A stretch of DNA of 54,398 bases, filler included, from Stramenopiles sp. TOSAG23-3 (GCA_900128585.1; 4 parts of 4 records of this genome joined end to end with filler, not necessarily neighbours in it); one strand, 5' to 3'. Positions 8,780 to 20,966 are shown, counted from the whole stretch's first letter. Notes: generated by a model not told the origin, from the letters alone. A program made the numbers and translations.

Positions 8780-11269
8780 ATGGCTTCATTGGGGAAATCC
8801 GAGTCCATTGTCGACAGCGTCTTTCATTACAAGTCTGGGTCGTTCAAGAGCACGGAGCTCCAGCTAGTAAAAAATCCGAGATGGGGTGCGGGTGAGTCCG
8901 TCTTCCCCTCGTGCTATGGCGCTGAGAGTGTGGATGCGGTGCAAATGCGCTACGAAGCGTTTACGAAGTGTTTTTTGGCCGTTCAGCACAGAGTCTCCAT
9001 GCTGTCCACGGACCTTAACGAGAGCGCCTTCCACAGCATCTCGGACTTTTTTAGGGAAGCATACGGGTACTACGGGTGTGCGAATGCCGCCGGGATAGAC
9101 GAACGCGGCGGTGACGAGACCAACGACAACCGACCGCTTGGCGCCGTGCTGAAACGGGACAGGTTCTTGCCGGCATGCATCGTCTGTGCCGGCCTGAACC
9201 TGTCCGATCACGGGACGACGCACAGGCACTTGCGCAAACACCTTCGCTCCACTTGTACCCCCCATGTGGTCTCCCTGTTCGCCAGGAACTGTGAAACCAC
9301 GGCCGCTAGCTTGAAACACTTGTCAAAGATTCTTGTGGAGAGCTTGCGCTCTGAATCTGTACACGAGGACAACGATCTACGCAAGGACGGTGACGACCTG
9401 GACCCTTCGGCCGTGCAACGTAGCACACGGGGTACCACCCAGGCCTTGACGACGGCTACCGACGCGGCCTTTGATGCGCGAAACCGGGCCAGGCGAGAAA
9501 CCAAGTTCAAGAACAAAGTGAAGCATCTCTCCGACCTCTCGCCCCTCGGAGACGTGGAAGAGTGGTACAAATATTTTTACGGGGGCGCCAGTGAGTCTGC
9601 GGGCGCGCAGGACGAAGACGCCGAAAAGAAAGAGGCGGCGAAACGGGTGGTGCTTGTAGTTTGCCTTGAAGATTTTGAATTTTTTAAGCCAGGCGTCATA
9701 CAAGACTTGCTGGTCGTAATGTCGAAGGCGCACCGGAGGGGGTTGCCCTTGGCGGTACTGTTGGGGGTGGCGAGTGTGACGGGCGCCGACGCGGTCCATT
9801 CTCGCATCCCAAGGCCCGTCACGAACCTTCTTTGGCTGCGTACCGTCCGCTTGGAGAAGTCGTTGAAAACGATGGACCAAGTCATCAGCGCCCTCTTTAT
9901 CTCTCGCAAATCCGATTTTCCGCTCCGCCTTAGCCACAGACTCTTGCGCTGGGTCTCGGACAGATTCTTGGAATACACGTTCAGCGTGTCCAGCTTTATC
10001 CGTTGCCTCCACTTTGCCGTCATGGAGTATCATTTTTCGACACGGCTCGCGTATTTGTCCAGGGACCTTGGTGACCTTCGCGACAGGGACTCCATCCTGC
10101 CGCAAGCAAAGCTTCTAGTCAACAAGATGGGGCTAAAAGACTGCAAGCATATCTTTGGGCTCTCCTCGGTTATGGCGACGCAGATGGGCGAGGCGGGCCT
10201 GGACCTCAAGAATGCCAATGCCGCCGTGATGAAAGACATGATTGCGAACTGGCTTGTGGAAATACACGTTTACAAAAAGCTGTATGGGCAAGTTTTTATG
10301 GGCATGTACGAGGCCCACAGACTATGTGTCGCCGCTGCCCGTTCGAACTCTGATCAAAGCCGCATGGGGTCCGACAAAAGAAACTCCCACCTTCATGGGA
10401 TTAGACGAGCGTACATCGATTCCATTGAAAACCCGGAGTATTGGAAGGCTATGGTTGGGAAAATTGCTGGCGCGATCAGAAGGGGCAACCTGGGGCTGAT
10501 CGAAAAGATTGCCAAACTCTGGGAGCAGACCTTGAGTGGGCACGAGACGTCCGGGGACGAGGGCGATGGCCAGAACCAGAATGTGCAGTTCGCAACATAC
10601 TTTGGCGAAGAGAAGCAAACCATTCGGGGTGTTCTCGATAGCATTGCTTCAGACAACACGTTTGATGCGAGCCGGCTGGTCGGTAGCAGCGTTCGCACGG
10701 AAACCTCGAAAATTTCGTCAAAGCGTCGCCGGCTGAACACAGAGAACATGGCCAATGGGAAATTTCCAGATTGCACGTCCATGCTTGAAGACCTGCTAAG
10801 CACAATGAATACACTGGCATCAAAATATTTGAAATCGATCGCAACATTTCCCATGCACGAATTGTTTGTGCTGAAAAAGAAAACCGACATTCAAAAGTTG
10901 TTCGGCGCCCAACCCAGAAAACAAGTCATCGACTCGCTCTCGCGCCCTTGGCATTATCTGTCCTCGTTAGAGGACCATTCGCAGTCCATCAACAAGCACA
11001 TGCCGGACTCTTCGATCCTCTTCGCCCTGATGGGGGAGCGAGGGAAAAACGTAAACCTTTATGATTGGTTCCAGTCCTTTTGCACCATCATTCACGATTC
11101 TGCGTCCACTGGGACCCGGAAAGGTTCAAGCTTGGTCCAGGACATGCTGACGAGGTCGGACATACAGTCAAGGTTTATTCGTGGAATTGCTGATCTTCAG
11201 TACATTGGTTGTTTTCTGCCAGAGGGTCGTAAGGGGGATCACGTTTCAAGAATTGTGTACGGTATTTAA
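8780..11269 (+). CDS. ORC3: Origin recognition complex subunit 3
   Basis: First in-frame ATG at 8780. Motifs GLNLSDH, VCLEDFEFFKPGVIQDLL, winged-helix NVNLYDWFQSF and IQSRFIRGIADLQYIGCF...RKGDHVSRIVYG match ORC3. Confidence 0.88.
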   Translation: MASLGKSESIVDSVFHYKSGSFKSTELQLVKNPRWGAGESVFPSCYGAESVDAVQMRYEAFTKCFLAVQHRVSMLSTDLNESAFHSISDFFREAYGYYGCANAAGIDERGGDETNDNRPLGAVLKRDRFLPACIVCAGLNLSDHGTTHRHLRKHLRSTCTPHVVSLFARNCETTAASLKHLSKILVESLRSESVHEDNDLRKDGDDLDPSAVQRSTRGTTQALTTATDAAFDARNRARRETKFKNKVKHLSDLSPLGDVEEWYKYFYGGASESAGAQDEDAEKKEAAKRVVLVVCLEDFEFFKPGVIQDLLVVMSKAHRRGLPLAVLLGVASVTGADAVHSRIPRPVTNLLWLRTVRLEKSLKTMDQVISALFISRKSDFPLRLSHRLLRWVSDRFLEYTFSVSSFIRCLHFAVMEYHFSTRLAYLSRDLGDLRDRDSILPQAKLLVNKMGLKDCKHIFGLSSVMATQMGEAGLDLKNANAAVMKDMIANWLVEIHVYKKLYGQVFMGMYEAHRLCVAAARSNSDQSRMGSDKRNSHLHGIRRAYIDSIENPEYWKAMVGKIAGAIRRGNLGLIEKIAKLWEQTLSGHETSGDEGDGQNQNVQFATYFGEEKQTIRGVLDSIASDNTFDASRLVGSSVRTETSKISSKRRRLNTENMANGKFPDCTSMLEDLLSTMNTLASKYLKSIATFPMHELFVLKKKTDIQKLFGAQPRKQVIDSLSRPWHYLSSLEDHSQSINKHMPDSSILFALMGERGKNVNLYDWFQSFCTIIHDSASTGTRKGSSLVQDMLTRSDIQSRFIRGIADLQYIGCFLPEGRKGDHVSRIVYGI

Positions 11270-11538
11270 GTTCGTGTTGTGCAGGGTGGGGGCAAAATTG
11301 AGGCGGCGAGGAAGCCGTAACAAACAAGAAGGGACTTCTGTCCTTAGCACGTAGTACATTGTTGTACGCACGTACGTACTATTTTTCGTTTTAGTCTGTG
11401 TGTGTGCGATGTGTGTTTTTGAAAATTCTATGTTACGTTTCAGGAGATAGTCATACAATGTTGGATAATACCAAAATAACAGCACACACATTTATTTCGG
11501 CTTTTTAAAAAAAAGACAAATTATTTCGGCTTTTAAAT

Positions 11539-12462
11539 TTATAATTTTTCACCGGGCCATTCTGGCGGACGCTTTGACAAAAACGCGTCGATCCCCTCTT
11601 CTGCCTCTGGCAAGCCTAAGTTTTCGGCCATCGTTGTTGAAGCAGCTGCGTACGCCTCTTCTAGTGGCAGGTTCAGCTGCTTGCGGAACAAGCCTTTGCC
11701 TACACCAATTGCAACTGCTGACTTTTTCGAAAGCTTCGTTGCCAACATGCTCACCGTTTCATCCAATTCTTCCTCCGCCACTACTTTACTTACAAGACCA
11801 ATTCGCTCTGCCTCGTCCGCTGGGATCATATCCCCCGTCAAGAGCATGTACATCGCATGCCGTGGGCCAACGGCGCGCGACAAGGCCACCGCGGGGGTCG
11901 AACAAAACAACCCAATGTCAACTCCTGGTGTTGCGAATTTGGACCGCGCCGAGGCCACAACTATGTCACACGATGCCGTCAGTTGACACCCTGCCGCGGT
12001 CGCCACCCCGTCCACCTTCGCAATCACCGGGGCCGCGCTGCTCGATATAAGTGTCATAACGTCACTGCAAAGCTGGAACAGGTGCAGTCGCGATTCATTG
12101 TCCGTCAAATCGTTCGTCATCTCCTTTAAGTCGTGCCCGGAACAGAACACGTTTCCTTCTGCCTCTATGACCACGACATTGACGTCTTTCCTGCCTTTGA
12201 TGTTTTGAAAGCTACTCAGCAGGGAGTTTAAAAGCTCCGTCGACAAAGCATTTCTAGCGTGCGGCCGGTTCAGCTTCAGTGTAAGTATTTTATTCTCAAC
12301 ATCGTGCGATTCTTTCAAAATGTCAACCTCATCGGCATTGAGCTTACGTTGAAACTCTGCCGAAAGCGACAGGGGCCTGCGCCTGGTCAGCACAACGGAA
12401 GGCGTTCGACCGAAGGCGCCTTTGCTGAAGACCCCACGGCGAAGAAAACGAAGCCTATTCAT
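11539..12462 (-). CDS. ECHDC3: Enoyl-CoA hydratase domain-containing protein 3-like, probably mitochondrial
   Basis: FCSGHDLKEM, ATAAGCQLTASCDIVVAS and FATPGVDIGLFCSTPAVALSRAV. The ATG at 12462 opens an Arg-rich, acid-poor presequence. Confidence 0.85.
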   Translation of the reverse strand: MNRLRFLRRGVFSKGAFGRTPSVVLTRRRPLSLSAEFQRKLNADEVDILKESHDVENKILTLKLNRPHARNALSTELLNSLLSSFQNIKGRKDVNVVVIEAEGNVFCSGHDLKEMTNDLTDNESRLHLFQLCSDVMTLISSSAAPVIAKVDGVATAAGCQLTASCDIVVASARSKFATPGVDIGLFCSTPAVALSRAVGPRHAMYMLLTGDMIPADEAERIGLVSKVVAEEELDETVSMLATKLSKKSAVAIGVGKGLFRKQLNLPLEEAYAAASTTMAENLGLPEAEEGIDAFLSKRPPEWPGEKL

Positions 12463-12767
12463 TGAAGAACAAATGAAGCGAGCACTCGAACTAAAGTGAT
12501 TTAAAATATTCAAAAAGCATAAACCCGATTAAACAAGTTTACATATACCTGAAAAATGTACAGTTTCTTTGAACACTTTGTTGTATTTGTGGCGGTTTCG
12601 TATGCACTTTTTTGTTCCATACTGAAAGAAGTAGAATCAGTGTGAAGAGGATGATGATGATGGAGGAGGAGGAGAAGAGAGAAGAGAGAAGAAAAAATAT
12701 GATGATTTTGCATCTTACCTGTTGTTTAAAGTATTTTGGTAAAGAGTAGAGTGTATTCATTCTTAAT

Positions 12768-14267
12768 TTACATTTTTTTATTTCTCGTTAAGACCATAAG
12801 CTGACCAGATACACCTTCCCGGTTTTGCAAACGCAGCTGAACGGTCTCATTAGATAAAACGACAAAGCCGATCGATCGTAAGTATTCTTGGAGATATTCG
12901 GCGCAATGTTTGAACCGACCACTGAGTTTATCGATTAAGTACTTTTCAGGCCTACAGTTTGTGTCCATGGCCTCGATGGTAAATGCGACGAGGCCGTCTG
13001 GCTTTAAAAGAGACATAACGGACTGGAAAAGTTGTCGAAGGTCGCCGATGTAGCAGAGAACGTCGCTCAGGATCACAACATCAAAATCACTCTCGGGAAC
13101 TAACGTAACGAATTTCAGCACATCGGCCACAATCAGTTTTGAATAAACCTTTCTACTCGCTGCCCGCTTTATCATGTTCGACGATAAGTCCACCCCAACT
13201 ATCACATCCATGTGGCTAGAAAACAAGGAACCTGCCAGCCCCGTTCCACAGCCCAAATCCAGCAACGACTTTTTCTCTTTCGCCGGTCCATGTAATTCCA
13301 GCGAGCCACCGACGCCCGCCTCCGTTACCTTTTGCAGGGTTTCAAAAATCAGATGATGGGCTTTGTAGTCCAAGGTCCCGATCATGTGCGTATCGTAGTT
13401 CGGGGCGTAGTAATCAAAGAGGTCAGTCACGTAATTGCGCCCGGCCCTGTCCAGGCTCGGCTCCCTCAATGCTTGCAGCATGTGCTTCGCGGATGGGTGG
13501 CTGGGGTTCAACGCCAAAGCATTGTTGTAATGCTCGATCGCGGACTCGTAAAAACCTTCCCTGTGCAGCATATGTCCTAGCTGAAAATGGCCTTCCGCGT
13601 TCTTCTCGGCGGGGGTACCAGCCGTTTTCTGCTGCAGGAGGAGAACGTGCTTCTCCCTCTCCGTCAGGGCCATGGTGGCGTCGTCGTCTAGCACACGAAC
13701 ATCAGACTCCGTTGAGGTTTTCGCTTTGTTTACACGCTCCAAAATGATGGAGTTTAATTTCTGGGGCGTCTTGACAATGCCTTGAAAGTCCTGAACAGTC
13801 AATGAGTGCAGATCGATTCCAACCGCGTCGCCTATCTCCTTCAGGTCTTTCAAATCGTTCAAATCGGCCAAGTACGAATCCAAGTTTTCTTCCGTCTGCA
13901 CGGCCGCTTGCAAATCATCGATGGCAGAGTTAGCAAGGTCGACTCCTTGGGATTCCCCCAAAGCAATAAGGTTCTCTATGGAAGATTTCACCTCGGCAGT
14001 ATCGGTGTTCCCTTCTGCTCGTTTCAAAACGCCGAGCAGTTTTGAGAATGGCATCTGGAACAGTTTCGTGGTAAGAAGCTCCTGTACGTGTTTTAATGTG
14101 TTGGGCAGCTCTGGAGGGGTGCCCTTGCTTGGCAGGGACGCTGACGGTGGCTTGAGGCTTGCACCGCCCGTTTCCGCCATTATATACATTTGCCCTGCAC
14201 TTAGGATACACACGAACAAGAACAATCCACATCGGCGGGGGGGCGAGCACCCCAGAAACACCACCAT
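12768..14267 (-). CDS. TPR-containing class I SAM-dependent methyltransferase (COG4976-like) with hydrophobic N-terminus
   Basis: TPR (AEGHFQLGHMLHREGFYESAIEHYNNALALNP), YVTDLFDYYAPNYD, motif I LLDLGCGTG, GVDLSSNM, DVLCYIGDL and SGRFKH. Confidence 0.82.
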   Translation of the reverse strand: MVVFLGCSPPRRCGLFLFVCILSAGQMYIMAETGGASLKPPSASLPSKGTPPELPNTLKHVQELLTTKLFQMPFSKLLGVLKRAEGNTDTAEVKSSIENLIALGESQGVDLANSAIDDLQAAVQTEENLDSYLADLNDLKDLKEIGDAVGIDLHSLTVQDFQGIVKTPQKLNSIILERVNKAKTSTESDVRVLDDDATMALTEREKHVLLLQQKTAGTPAEKNAEGHFQLGHMLHREGFYESAIEHYNNALALNPSHPSAKHMLQALREPSLDRAGRNYVTDLFDYYAPNYDTHMIGTLDYKAHHLIFETLQKVTEAGVGGSLELHGPAKEKKSLLDLGCGTGLAGSLFSSHMDVIVGVDLSSNMIKRAASRKVYSKLIVADVLKFVTLVPESDFDVVILSDVLCYIGDLRQLFQSVMSLLKPDGLVAFTIEAMDTNCRPEKYLIDKLSGRFKHCAEYLQEYLRSIGFVVLSNETVQLRLQNREGVSGQLMVLTRNKKM

Positions 14268-14520
14268 TATATCGATTTACGGGCGGACACGCGCAACAGT
14301 GCTCGTTTGGCCGGTTCTCTGCTCTCTCATGTAGGACCCGTTTACAAAACCTTTCCACTATCTATCTATTTGATGTTGTCCAACGAACTCCTAAACAATG
14401 CGGTGGCAAATATTCTCTTGTGTTATGTCATAAATCAGACGAGGTGTGATAAAATGGAAATGCTTTTATGATAATGCAAAGGGTGGTAGATACTTACATA
14501 TTTGAAGAATTATTTTGTCC

Positions 14521-14765
14521 AAGAAAGAAAGAGAAGAAGAAGAAGAAGAAGAAGAAAGAGAGAAAAAAGAGAACAAAGAGAAAGAAGAAGAAGAAGGAAG
14601 AAAAGGAGGTAATAAATATTATTATTATTATTTTATTTCTCTTATATATTCAACACAACAACAACAACCGCGTAGTAGGGAGGACGCCGATCAGAGGAAG
14701 AAAGAAGAAGAAGAAAGAAGAAGAAGAAAGAGAGAAAGAAGAAGAACAACAACAACAACAAAACA
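14521..14765 (+). repeat. (GAA)n/(CAA)n low-complexity purine tracts in a divergent intergenic region
   Basis: Visible imperfect GAA and CAA trinucleotide runs. Confidence 0.85.
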
Positions 14766-15200
14766 AAAAACAAAACGCGATTATTATTACATACAACTAC
14801 CGTATTAATACTGGTACGACACGGACCGACGGACCCACAACAACACGCGGGAAGAAGAAGAAAAGAAGAAGAACGAGGCGGGGCTCTCCTCTCTTCTCTC
14901 TTCTCTTCTCTCTCTCTCTCTTCTTCTTCTTCCACCGATATTAATATCCAACGAGACGACATGACGACCTATTGTTGTGGGTGGTGGTGTTTTCTTTCTT
15001 CAGCAGTGGCACTGCGGTATGTATAATAGAAAGAAGAGGTCTACATCCATACACGTAATAATTATATTTTTAGAGACAGAGAGAGAAAAATAGATGTCGA
15101 ATCAATACATCATTTTGAACAGTGCACGTGTGTATTATATATAGATATACATGTAGGTAGAAGGCGAGTTTCTGTTAGTGCCTTTCAAATGTAGAGAGAG

Positions 15201-15725
15201 ATGAGTTTTTTTGAACAGTTTGTTCAGTATGTCCGGAAGCAAAAGCCTTCGGACGAGTTGCTCTCCAACTGCAATGACACCCGGGCGTTGGCGATAGTGG
15301 TAGATATCCAGGGTGTTATTGTATTAATAGAGGTACAGATCGATAAATGGCATGGGTTGGTCCGAGAGGGCCATATCTTGGAGTCAGCCTGGGATACGAT
15401 CAGTGATAGTGGGCAAAGCGAGTGTTTTTCGCTGCTGCCTTCTCTCGCTGAAAACCGCGCAAGCTACAACAAACGGTTTCAAGGAGCCTGTGACGATCTA
15501 GAAAGCTCAATTGAACGTTTGCATATGTCCATAAAGGATTTAAAAGGCCGGTTGGCCGAGTTAAGGCAGTCATTGAAAGATGAATGTTTGGTCCGCGACA
15601 AAGGCGGCGTGGTAGCGATCGACAGCGTCAAGAACACGATGCTTGTCAGCGAATATTTAGAGAGTTGGGGTACGTTTCCGGGCATCGGTAGTAGTAACGG
15701 GCGAAACATGTACTCGGTGGAATGA
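15201..15725 (+). CDS. Hypothetical helical/coiled-coil protein, 174 aa
   Basis: ATG-initiated ORF filling a higher-GC island between AT-rich spacers, with a heptad-like stretch (LESSIERLHMSIKDLKGRLAELRQSL). No family confidently recognised. Confidence 0.55.
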   Translation: MSFFEQFVQYVRKQKPSDELLSNCNDTRALAIVVDIQGVIVLIEVQIDKWHGLVREGHILESAWDTISDSGQSECFSLLPSLAENRASYNKRFQGACDDLESSIERLHMSIKDLKGRLAELRQSLKDECLVRDKGGVVAIDSVKNTMLVSEYLESWGTFPGIGSSNGRNMYSVE

Positions 15726-16127
15726 CAGCCGCCGTGGCTCTTTCTTTTGAAAAAACGTCATTTATTTTGTACGAAATACGTGTGAAATTCTGTGCGGGGT
15801 TGCATTTTATTAAGAGAGTGTCTTGTATGATTAAGTACTTCGTACGAAGTTGTTTTTATTATATTTTACCTATAGACGAGTCATTTAAAAAGAAATTATA
15901 TAGTATGTTTGGACGACTATCATTTATGTCACATCGATCTTAGATTTCGAAGATTCAATGACTGGTATTAAGTGAGAGTCTTAATGCATACTAACACAAA
16001 ATACTTTGTTTTTTTTTATAAAAATATTTACTTACACATCATTTTATGTGTTTTTACACATGATTACTAAAAAAATAAGAAAAACTTTAATTTTACCGCT
16101 CTCTCTGTGGCAACACCCCGGTCGTCA

Positions 16128-16801
16128 TCAGTTCGTCTGCTCCACGAAACCTTGCCGTACCAAATGCTCAATGTCCGAGCGCTTCAGATAATGGGTAGAA
16201 TTCTGCTCTAACTTTACAGCTGCCCCATCGTCGGTAAAAATTTCTCCACAGCTCTCTAACACTCGTATTTCAACGTATGGATCCTTCGGCGGCGTAAAGT
16301 TCGATGCAAGGTCTACGCCACAGTCCTTCATGTACTGTTCCAGTGCTACGCTATACCGATTGAAATGCTCTTGCTCCAGCCCGCTAAGGTTCGGCTTCAG
16401 GTTCGCGGGAATCATTCTTCCAGCCTCCCAGCGTAAATCTTCGATTTTTTGCATTCGGAACCGCAAATAAGCCAGAAGGCAACGCTTGTTGTGCTCCAGG
16501 CCCCCGTGGTTCACGATCAAGCTGGCGCATAGCGTGGGATCGTCTTGGTCGAAACCTTCTGCCTGCAGGGAATTGTAAAGCTCCCGGATTATTTCTTTCA
16601 TTTCTCTGACCGTCTGGCGTACTCCTTCACTCTGTTAGTGTTAAACAAAAAAAATGTTAGTTGAAAATTCAGACGGGCAAACCGCCCAGGATACTGTGAT
16701 CGCTTAATAGAGATACTTACATTATAAGGGGGTAACATGTCGCTACGTTTGACTTCCCTGAGAAGTTCTCGCCCGCACTTTCCCCAACAAAACCCACTCA
16801 T
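16128..16801 (-). CDS. GINS1: GINS complex subunit 1 (Psf1); exons 16801-16721 and 16631-16128
   Basis: 89-nt intron 16720-16632 (GTAAGT...CTAAC...CAG) joins ...LPPYN to SEGVRQTVREM... in frame. Motifs NKRCLLAYL, PPKDPYVEIRVL..CGEI and HLVRQG. Confidence 0.93.
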
Positions 16802-17485
16802 GCTTTAGTTTCCGTGGTTTAGAATATTCGTGTTTCGTTTCCTGTCTTAGATTCGCCCCTGCTCTTCGAAACAAAACGAAATGATATCTTCCTGTTGCGT
16901 GTTTTAGTTCGTTCTTCTTTCAATTCATTGTACATTTTTAAATGTATGACACAATCCATTTCTTTCGTTTAAAACAAGAGAAGAAGTCTTCTTTATTATA
17001 TTAATATTATTATAATAACACTTCTCCACCACCAAAAAAACAAATAATAATTATTATTAATAATAATAATAATAATTTTTTTTTTGAATTTATTTTGAAT
17101 TACCTATTTTTTTCAACATCATCATCACCACATATAATACATACATACAAACAACAACAAATACCAATATAATTAAAATAGATGCTATGTCTATATTAAT
17201 ACTATAATAATAAGGATATATAATTATAGCAAATAAAATAATATATAAATAAGAAGGATTTTTCCCTCTTTCTTCTTCTTTTTAAAACAAGAAGAAAATT
17301 GGCTGTTATTTTTATTATGATTGAAGTTTATATAGTTATGATATCATAGTAAAATATTGATGTGTGTGTATGATATAAAAAATAACAAGAAATTCCCCGG
17401 TACATTTTTAATATTAAATACTCTGTGAGTATCTGAATAAATGAAAACTCTGATATATATTAATGAATATATTCTGTATATATTG

Positions 17486-20400
17486 TTAGTGCAGGGATTG
17501 CAAATCTTCTACCATCTTTGTCAGCGCGTCAAGATCTAAGCTGGTGCTTGTATTGTACTCGCTGCTTACACGATTTGACAATATGTGTTGCAGCACTTTT
17601 TCCGCTTCAGACTTTTCTAAATCGAGAAACCGTTCGACCAAGTCGCCGTCAATAAAGTTTTTCGAAGTACTATTTTTCCCGGGGATGTTCCTTTCGTTGC
17701 AAAACGCGCGCCATTGGCTGTGGGAAAATCCACCTATGCCACCTATGCAACGGTCGATTCCGTTCTGCAGGCGCAGCAGCAAGTCATACTGGGCCTTGTT
17801 CAGGGTGGTCAGCGTTCCTATGGAGCCCAACACTGTGCCGAGCAGCATGCTGGACCTCAGGTTGGCCATGGACTGGATAACACTGAGGTCGCCCCCACTT
17901 TCAGGCTTTGCCCCGGCGTCCAGGGCCGGCGCGCTGGCGCTCGGAAGCGACGGCGCAGTTTCGGTGGGTTGCATGACCAAGGAGCCACTGCGAAAGCAGT
18001 TGACGAACTCGCCAAGGTGAAACTCGCCAGTGATTTCCAGGCGACTCCGCTCTTCTTCGGTTTTCGCGGTAATGTTCCTTCTTGCCATGAACAAATTGTA
18101 CGCGTGCTCCGCGCCGATGAAAGCTTCGTCGTCCACGAAAGCAACGGCGGTCATCCAGTTGGCATTGAAATCCCGGGCAACTTCCTCGATGACGCCCTCG
18201 AGCGGCTTGTACACGCAAAGGCTGACGGACTTCATCAGGTCACCGACTACGATATAATCTCCCCGGGTAGTCACATGGAGGGCAAGGATGTGGCCGTGCA
18301 AGCCACACTTGCTTTTGAGCTCCCTGGTTCCGATGTTTGTGCTCCCTGTTACACTCCACTCGTAGAGTTGAATTTTGCTGTTTACGCCAGCCAAAAGCAG
18401 TCCATTGAAGCAGTTCAACGAGTAGACTGCCCCTGGGGTGTCGACTTGCGCGATGAGTTCCAGCCGGCCAGGCCGGGATTCCCCCCCGGGGCCTGTCTGC
18501 GCCGCCACGTTGAACACCAGGATGCGCCCCCGCGACGGCTCGGGTTCGTCTTCCAAGGCGTACGCAGTCCCAACAACGAAGTAATCGATGGATTCATCCG
18601 ATTTGAACCCCGCGGTAATGGCAGATATTCCCTGCTCAAAGTCATCGAGGACAAAACTATCGAGGACAGTGAACTCCTGGTCGTCAACGAGGCGCAGGTA
18701 GTTCGTCTCAATCTCTTCCCCGTTCGTGTTTTCATCTAGTTGGAACCTGCACGTCACCACGGCGAACATGCCGTGCCGCTTGCTGTGGCAGATCCTGCGC
18801 GGCTGTTCCCCCAGGGGAATTTTACGAATGTGCAACTTCTGGATCTCGTCCATCGCCCCAATTGACATGTCGGAATCGGACGCCACGGCCAGGCAATCCT
18901 CGAAGCCTTCCGATGAGAACGGGCAGACGACGTTGATGTTGCTTCGGTTGACGCTGCTGTAGTGTATCTTGCCATTGTTGGAGTATATGACCACGGGGCG
19001 GTCGGACGCAGCAAACACGTGCTTCTTGTCGCCGGACGAGAATGCCCTGAGGCCTATCGGCTGCGTCCCAATGGCGACCTTTTTTCGAGCAGACAGGGTC
19101 CCGTTGCCCTCGTCGCACAAAAATCGGACCAGGGTACCGTCCCCAAGCCCCACGAGCAGGTGAAGCGTGCCGTCAAAATTTCCAAGGAGCACACTCCGGG
19201 GGATCGTCTCACTCTCAAGGCTGCACTGGTGCAGCTGCTCCAGCGTTGGCAGCCGCAAGGTCCTCACCGTCATGTCCTTCCACATGCCCACCGCGGCAAG
19301 TTTGGAGGTTTGCCCAGCGCTGTCCCCGTCCATTGCGCCGACGTCAATACACGCTACTTCGTTGTCCAGCGTGGAGGTCGCCATCTCCTTCAAGGCGCCG
19401 CCCTGCATTTCCAGAAGGACCAGGCGCCCCCCCCCCCATCGTCAACAGAATCCTAGTATCGTTCAACGCGGCGACCGTCACAGTGTCGGAGCTGTTCTGC
19501 GGCGACCACTTGGTAACCGCCTTTAGCGTTTTGCCATCGGCCACGTTTACCGCTACCGGGGTGACTTGCACCACGTTCGAACCGGCCATGTTTCCGCATG
19601 CCAACGTCTGGTGGTCGCCGCTGAAGGCTTCTACTACCACTTCCTCCATCGTTTCGTCCTCCAGGCCGAGCACCCGGGTTTCGGACCTGAACGACATGAC
19701 CAGGTACTTGTCGTACGCTGCATCCATGGAGGGCCGCAGCGCCCACAGCCCCTTGATGCCGCTGATCCCGATTGCAGCCTGCTCGTTTATCCCTATCCCG
19801 TTCCGAATCACACGGAGCGATCCATCCTTGAAGGCGCCGCTGCAAGTGACCACCTGGCCCCGCCCTTGGTTCTCCAGGTCCACGACGCAGAAATCTACGA
19901 TAGGGCCAATGTTGATGTACGTGTCCAAGACGTCCAAATAAGATTTCGTTTCCTGGCTCTTTTCTGGGAGCAACAGCAGCAGCTGCGAGTCCCCAAACGA
20001 GCTTCCGACGTAGGACATACCGTTGCCAAGGTAGCAGATCGCAGACGCGCAGCTGGTTTCCCCCAGCTTGTCAATGTCCATCCCCTTCAAGACCCCGTTC
20101 TCCGACGCCAGCACCAGCACCCAGAGCCCTCCCAGGTGGTCCCCGAGCAGGATCCGCGAGCCGTCTGGGTCTATGCGCCCGGACGCCCGCCAAACGACGG
20201 AGGTGGTCGACAGGGACAAGGACGTCTGCCCATCGTGGTACGTGATCGTCTGCTGGCCCAGAATGAGGACCCCGCCGCCGATCGGAGAAGGGAGTGGGAT
20301 CAGCATGGACGCCCCGCTCTCCACGTTCGGCTGCTTCCACGGCCCATCCACGATCTCCTTCTTCGGGAGCAGAATTTTGTACGTTCGCACGTGCCGCCGT

Positions 20401-20966
20401 TGCTTGGTGTCCTCGTAGAGGATGCATATCGTAGGCTCCGCCGCGTTGTTCAAGAACACCATGTCGATCACTTGGAGTTCTTCCAGTCGAACGTTGAAGG
20501 CCTCAGTGAACTTACCCGAAGCGTCCATGGGAACGATTTTCAGCAGCCCGTCGTACAGGTGCAGCGCGATCAGGCCCGACTTTGGGTCCACGATGCCAAT
20601 CTGGCCGCACTCGGTCGGGCGGCCTATGAAATCCCGCACGTTGCTGGAGGCATGGGTTTGGATAGTATTCGACGCCTCGTCGAACTGGAGGACGCATATG
20701 TCGTATCGCTCCGTCATGAGCAGAAGAAGCTGCTTCCCCGAACCGCCCCCCGGCGAAAAAAGCTGCATGAACGCAACTCGGCCGTACAAAGGAACGCTCA
20801 ACGTTTGGGCAACATGGTCCTCCGCGGCCGTAAATATTTCCAAATGGCAGCCCTTTGAGACAATCAAGTTCAAATCCGTGGCGGAAGTAAATGCCCCACT
20901 GACCGCGTGGGTCACGGAGGTAGACTTTTGGGCCGTGACAAAATACGTGTAATTCTCGTCCGCCAT
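17486..20966 (-). CDS. DDB1: DNA damage-binding protein 1 (CUL4 adaptor), with an apparent 1-nt frameshift at 19427-19437
   Basis: YFVTAQK, NIGPIVDF, QVVTCSGAFKDGSLRVIRNGIGINEQA, DEIQKLHIR, GDLMKS and NFIDGDLVERFLDL. The two ORFs (19344-21005, 17486-19408) fuse if the G11 run is G10 (...TMGGGRLVLLEMQGG...). Confidence 0.95.

Noticed and set aside
14468..14962. Lys/Glu- or Phe/Ser/Leu-rich ORFs in spacers (also 21319-21767, 23003-23197, 37755-38264, 47454-47696, 52719-53220)
   Set aside because: Translations of GAA/CTT microsatellites, which lack stop codons by composition.
19566..20858. Long antisense or alternate-frame ORFs over GC-rich genes (430 aa here; also 17714-18739, 29750-30658, 27483-28238)
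   Set aside because: Shadow ORFs expected from high GC3 codon usage; no recognisable motifs, and they overlap well-supported genes.
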